DNA from: Thermoplasmata archaeon
Lineage (GTDB): Archaea; Thermoplasmatota; Thermoplasmata; Thermoplasmatales; ARK-15
DNA: 64,000 nt
Assembly: GCA_023261755.1 (NCBI GenBank)
Contig: JAGDXS010000003.1
Coordinates: 3,153 to 67,152, forward strand
Direction: 5' to 3'
The position numbers and the translations under genes are program-made. Position 1 is the stretch's first letter; each line of letters opens with the position of its first letter. Under the pieces are notes generated by a model. The model had not been told where the DNA came from, did not search any database, and saw only the letters and a list, made by a program, of their open reading frames with translations. This document shows, one piece after another, positions 60,371-64,000 of the stretch.

Positions 60371-61241
60371 ACCTGTTTGCATAGATGTGAGCTAATTTAA
60401 TAGGATCCCCTTTTTTAAATAATTTTTTTATAAGAATGAAAGATGATTCCATAGATATATTGCTCCCTGGTGAAATGTATCTATTTTGAATGTACCATCC
60501 AATCTGTGCATTCCCTGATAAAATTTTATCATTAAATATATCACCGAATAGATGTGATTTAGCTATTCCTATGGTAGGGATATTTTTTATAACGCCAACA
60601 AAACTAGCAAGACCAAATCCTCTAGGATGCATAATTCCATTACCATCTATTAAAAGAAGATCATTTCCATCATAAAATTTTATGATCTCTTTACCTTCTC
60701 TGTAGGAGAAGTATGTTGGAATATAAGGAAAATTTACAATATCTTTATAATTTTTAATATCCAATATTTTTAGATTTTCATCTATTTTTACAAATGATAA
60801 ATATATGGTTCTTCCATTATATGATCCATCAATGGCAACAATTCCATCATAATTTACGTCATTAAGTGAAATTTTCTCTTTCAAAATTTGTTCATCATTT
60901 CTTAATTTTTTAAGAGGAAATTCTGTTTTGAAATCTTTGAATATTATTTCATTGAAATTTTCCACCACTCCATTTTTTATTTTTATACCTTCAGATTCAA
61001 GAAGTTCTATTTTTTTATTTGTTCCAAATGGATGATTATACCCACCTAATGTTCCATCACTTTTTATCACTCTATGGCAGGGAACTATTATAGGTGTAGG
61101 ATTTTCTGCAAGCATCTGACCTACAGCCCTTGAAGCAATTTGATCACCCAATGCAAGTGCAAGTTCCTTGTATGTTGTTACCATTCCCTTGGGTATCTGT
61201 TTAACAAGGTCGTAAAAATATGAATATAGATCAATATCCAT
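60342..61241 (-). CDS. Bifunctional O6-alkylguanine-DNA alkyltransferase (N-terminal) / endonuclease V (C-terminal) fusion
   Basis: The N-terminal part has the MGMT active site IVPCHRVI. The C-terminal part has the EndoV motifs [34 protein letters not shown] and PTIGIAKS. Confidence 0.85.
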   Translation of the reverse strand: MDIDLYSYFYDLVKQIPKGMVTTYKELALALGDQIASRAVGQMLAENPTPIIVPCHRVIKSDGTLGGYNHPFGTNKKIELLESEGIKIKNGVVENFNEIIFKDFKTEFPLKKLRNDEQILKEKISLNDVNYDGIVAIDGSYNGRTIYLSFVKIDENLKILDIKNYKDIVNFPYIPTYFSYREGKEIIKFYDGNDLLLIDGNGIMHPRGFGLASFVGVIKNIPTIGIAKSHLFGDIFNDKILSGNAQIGWYIQNRYISPGSNISMESSFILIKKLFKKGDPIKLAHIYANRFMESEQQRQ

Positions 61242-61262
61242 ATTTTTACATTAAAAATGATT

Positions 61263-62903
61263 CTAAAATTTTTTTCCTTTTATTTCATCAGGATTAGTTG
61301 TAATTAATGAATTTTCTTCTTCAGTTGCAATTATTCTCAATGGAAATCTTAGTGGATGTGAAATAAAATACGCCTGGGAATTTCCTGAAAGATTTGGTTT
61401 CTCTGCATTCAATATGTAATTTTCTTCTGAATTTGTAAATCTATAAAATGATCTCATTTCATCACTTATGTATCCATGTTTGAAAATTATATGGAATAGA
61501 GCATTATTCATAATTGATTTTCCAAAAGGTGTAATAAGAAAGTCATCTGCTTTTTGAGATATTACATTCATACTGCACTTCCATCTCCTCACATGTCTGA
61601 ACATTGTATCAAGAAAGGATGCAGCATATTCATTTTTAAGGATCTTCCACGTTTCATCTATAACTACAAGCTTTTTTTCTAAATCATCTGTTATTCTACC
61701 ATATATAAAATCAAGCACCATAACCATATAAAAAGTCAAAAATTCATCACTCACATTCCTTAAATTGAATGATACTATGTTCCTATCTATTTTAATATAA
61801 GAATCTGAATCCAATGACTTTAAAGATCCTGAAATAAATTTTTCTAGGATGTAAGATATCTCAATTGATCTTTCATCCCCGAAAGATTTTAATGTATCTA
61901 TTAAGTCCTGGAATTTAGGTATTTTTTTCCTGGAATAAAGCATTGTTAAAGCCGCGTCTAAAATAGCCAAATCATTTTTTGTCAGATCCAACAGTATTGA
62001 AAATAATGTTCTTAAGCGCAATATTTTCTCATCTGTGTTTTTTTCATTACCAAGATCAAATATATTTATTTCGTTGCCTTTTATCCCAAGGTCAATTGAA
62101 TTTCCACCTAAAATTTTTATCAGGTCACTATATTCTCCCAGCGGATCTATTATGAATACTTTAGTATATTTATCAGAAATTAATTCTCTTATTATTGAAA
62201 GCTTGACAAAATAAGATTTACCAAAACCGGTTGTACCTGAAATTATTGAATGACTTGATGGAAATGACCATCTATTAAAAATAACAGGTGTTTGATTCTT
62301 ATCATTTATACCAAAAAATATACCATCTTCCATGGTAACGTAATCAACTAGAAAAGGAAAAAGTGTAGCAAGTGCATGTGTGTGAACATGCTGTGAATTT
62401 TTAGAATCAAATATACTTAATGGAAATATTTTATGGAAATTCTTTTTCTGATCATAAATTGGAATCCATGTATTAAAAATACTTTTCTTTGTTTCCCATT
62501 GAATATAACTAAATCCACTTTTTGATTCTTCTTCACTTTCTGCTTTGGAATAAAATGAAAGTGATACCTGGTATAAATGACCTTTACCTGAAATTATATA
62601 ATCTTGAAGGGCCTTTGTACTTACAAGTTTTCTTTCTAGTTTTCTTCTTCTAGAAGTATTTTCCCTTGAAGAATTTAATTCAGGTTCAATAGTTTCATTT
62701 TCCATATCGAGTATTTCTACCATTTTAGAATCATTTAGTGGAATTATATTCATAGAAACATCAATCGAGAAATTAGAGTTTAAAAAATTTTTTAGTATTC
62801 CAAAATGAACATTCTTAGGCAATTCCTTGCTTATTAAAATATAATAAATATATTTCCCAGCTAATACTTTATTCTTAAGATATATAAAATTAGATGACCT
62901 CAT
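61263..62903 (-). CDS. VirB4/TraC/CedB-like conjugation-type ATPase
   Basis: Walker A is GTTGFGKS (62214-62237). Other motifs are VFIIDPLGEY, INIFDL, Walker-B-like LVVIDETWKIL and NVISQKADDF. Confidence 0.8.
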   Translation of the reverse strand: MRSSNFIYLKNKVLAGKYIYYILISKELPKNVHFGILKNFLNSNFSIDVSMNIIPLNDSKMVEILDMENETIEPELNSSRENTSRRRKLERKLVSTKALQDYIISGKGHLYQVSLSFYSKAESEEESKSGFSYIQWETKKSIFNTWIPIYDQKKNFHKIFPLSIFDSKNSQHVHTHALATLFPFLVDYVTMEDGIFFGINDKNQTPVIFNRWSFPSSHSIISGTTGFGKSYFVKLSIIRELISDKYTKVFIIDPLGEYSDLIKILGGNSIDLGIKGNEINIFDLGNEKNTDEKILRLRTLFSILLDLTKNDLAILDAALTMLYSRKKIPKFQDLIDTLKSFGDERSIEISYILEKFISGSLKSLDSDSYIKIDRNIVSFNLRNVSDEFLTFYMVMVLDFIYGRITDDLEKKLVVIDETWKILKNEYAASFLDTMFRHVRRWKCSMNVISQKADDFLITPFGKSIMNNALFHIIFKHGYISDEMRSFYRFTNSEENYILNAEKPNLSGNSQAYFISHPLRFPLRIIATEEENSLITTNPDEIKGKKF

Positions 62904-63216
62904 ACTTTGCCTCCAAAATAATTAAATAAATAGAGAAAGTAAAAAGGAAAAATGTGCTAATCAATAGAAAAAATTTTAAATTAAGAATTAAATAAATAGC
63001 AACAAAGAATAATGATAAAATAATAATATGTTTTATTTTGTTCTTTGATAAAAGATAATAATAAAATGCAGAGATGTTTATTAAAAATATACCCCACATG
63101 AAAGTGCCAAAAATAAAAATTAATAATTCTGAAAATAATGAGAATGTAAGTAAATGAAGTAAATTGTAATTTTCCATGGAATCACCATATAAATGAGTAT
63201 AATTCTCCGTATTCAT
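62890..63216 (-). CDS. Hypothetical small polytopic membrane protein in the VirB4-like operon
   Basis: It is 108 aa with 3-4 TM segments and overlaps the ATPase gene by 14 nt. I see no sequence-level family assignment. Confidence 0.45.
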   Translation of the reverse strand: MNTENYTHLYGDSMENYNLLHLLTFSLFSELLIFIFGTFMWGIFLINISAFYYYLLSKNKIKHIIILSLFFVAIYLILNLKFFLLISTFFLFTFSIYLIILEAKYEVI

Positions 63217-63931
63217 GGAATTTCAATCTTCTTGTCCTTAAATTTATACTTTCTAATGAATTCATTATCAAATTTGCTCTTTCATTCAATATTTCAGATG
63301 CTCTTTTTAAGTCTATTTTGTATTTATTTTCGCTATATTTCAAATCTAAGACTATGATAAATTTCTTTTTTGAAATTTTATTGTTGTAATATTTTAATAA
63401 CTTTTCCTGAGCTTCCTTTACTCTTTTAAGATAAGCATTTTCATTGTTTAATTTAATTTCATAATTATCCTTATAAGAATAGATATAAATGGAAATAGGG
63501 AAATCTATTGAATTAAGGATTGAACAATATTGGCTATATATGCTTTCTTTACTGCTTTCATCCATAAATTCTAAACTTAATCCTGATGTTTCAATGGCAC
63601 ACATGTATCCATCAAAATATTCCCAAACTAGAGAATTTCTCGATAATGTTTTAAAATTTATAAATTCTATAATATCACTTCTTTCTTTTCTTTTTGGTAA
63701 AATTTTCCAAATTATAGCCTTTATAAAAAAAATGTCAAGATCCGTATTATTATATTTTTTCCATACTAAAATTACAGGTAAAATTAATAAAATAATTAAA
63801 AAAACAGATATGTATATTATAAGGATGATTATTGGCAAAGAATAAAACATTATTCTGATAATCTGGGTTAAGGAAAATGGACCCAAATAACTTTCATTTC
63901 CAAGAGGCTCGGGCACATCAACACTTATCAT
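63182..63931 (-). CDS. Hypothetical membrane-anchored protein (N-terminal TM hairpin plus soluble domain) in the VirB4-like operon
   Basis: It is 249 aa. The segment FSLTQIIRIMFYSLPIIILIIYISVFLIILLILPVILVW forms two TM helices. It overlaps the next gene by 35 nt. GGAGAG lies about 10 nt upstream of the ATG. Confidence 0.45.
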   Translation of the reverse strand: MISVDVPEPLGNESYLGPFSLTQIIRIMFYSLPIIILIIYISVFLIILLILPVILVWKKYNNTDLDIFFIKAIIWKILPKRKERSDIIEFINFKTLSRNSLVWEYFDGYMCAIETSGLSLEFMDESSKESIYSQYCSILNSIDFPISIYIYSYKDNYEIKLNNENAYLKRVKEAQEKLLKYYNNKISKKKFIIVLDLKYSENKYKIDLKRASEILNERANLIMNSLESINLRTRRLKFHEYGELYSFIW

Positions 63932-64000
63932 GGTTTACCACTCTCCTTCGGAAGTAATGAAAAATCTGATACTAAACTCTTTGAAACTGATCTATATGCT

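Noticed and set aside
63932-64000. A possible additional minus-strand ORF ending at about 63937 (…ITSEGEW*) just upstream of the 249-aa gene
   Set aside because: That frame has an in-frame TAG at about 63992 and no start codon downstream of it within the window. I cannot support it from the available sequence.

Overview
The window is an AT-rich (roughly 30% G+C by eye, not computed), very gene-dense archaeal chromosome segment. Several genes point to a Thermoplasmata-like euryarchaeon: PolD small subunit, aRF1, RPA plus an RPA-associated protein, VAT/Cdc48, archaeal riboflavin synthase plus RibL, TiaS, cupin-type PGI, CbiZ/CobY-type cobamide salvage, r-protein L40e, and an MGMT-EndoV fusion of the kind described for Ferroplasma. 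I can support about 68 CDS, 2 tRNAs (initiator Met-CAT and Ala-GGC), one frameshifted pseudogene, and one small ribosomal protein gene that is missing from the ORF track. I saw no rRNA, CRISPR array, transposase or integrase. Most of the window is housekeeping: DNA replication and repair, a riboflavin/FAD operon, NAD salvage, purine metabolism, polyamines, and an 11-kb cobamide uptake and salvage island. The candidates most worth a second look are listed here in order of interest. (1) A VirB4/CedB-like ATPase operon with small membrane proteins sits at the right edge (61263-64000), co-oriented with DNA-repair genes. It could be a Ced/Ted-like DNA-transfer module or the end of an integrated conjugative element. 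(2) A dedicated ECF importer has its tandem ATPase fused to a Gpt/Hpt-like phosphoribosyltransferase (10140-13953). (3) An Lhr helicase of more than 1730 aa carries a duplicated wHTH-rich C-terminal half, next to a COG1407 phosphoesterase and RPA genes. (4) An orphan small radical-SAM gene, a TPR protein and an ICMT-like methyltransferase are embedded in the cobamide island. (5) An M24 'peptidase' has lost four of its five metal ligands. (6) Two coupled genes encode sequon-rich surface proteins. All functional calls rest on motif recognition in the supplied translations. No database search was run.
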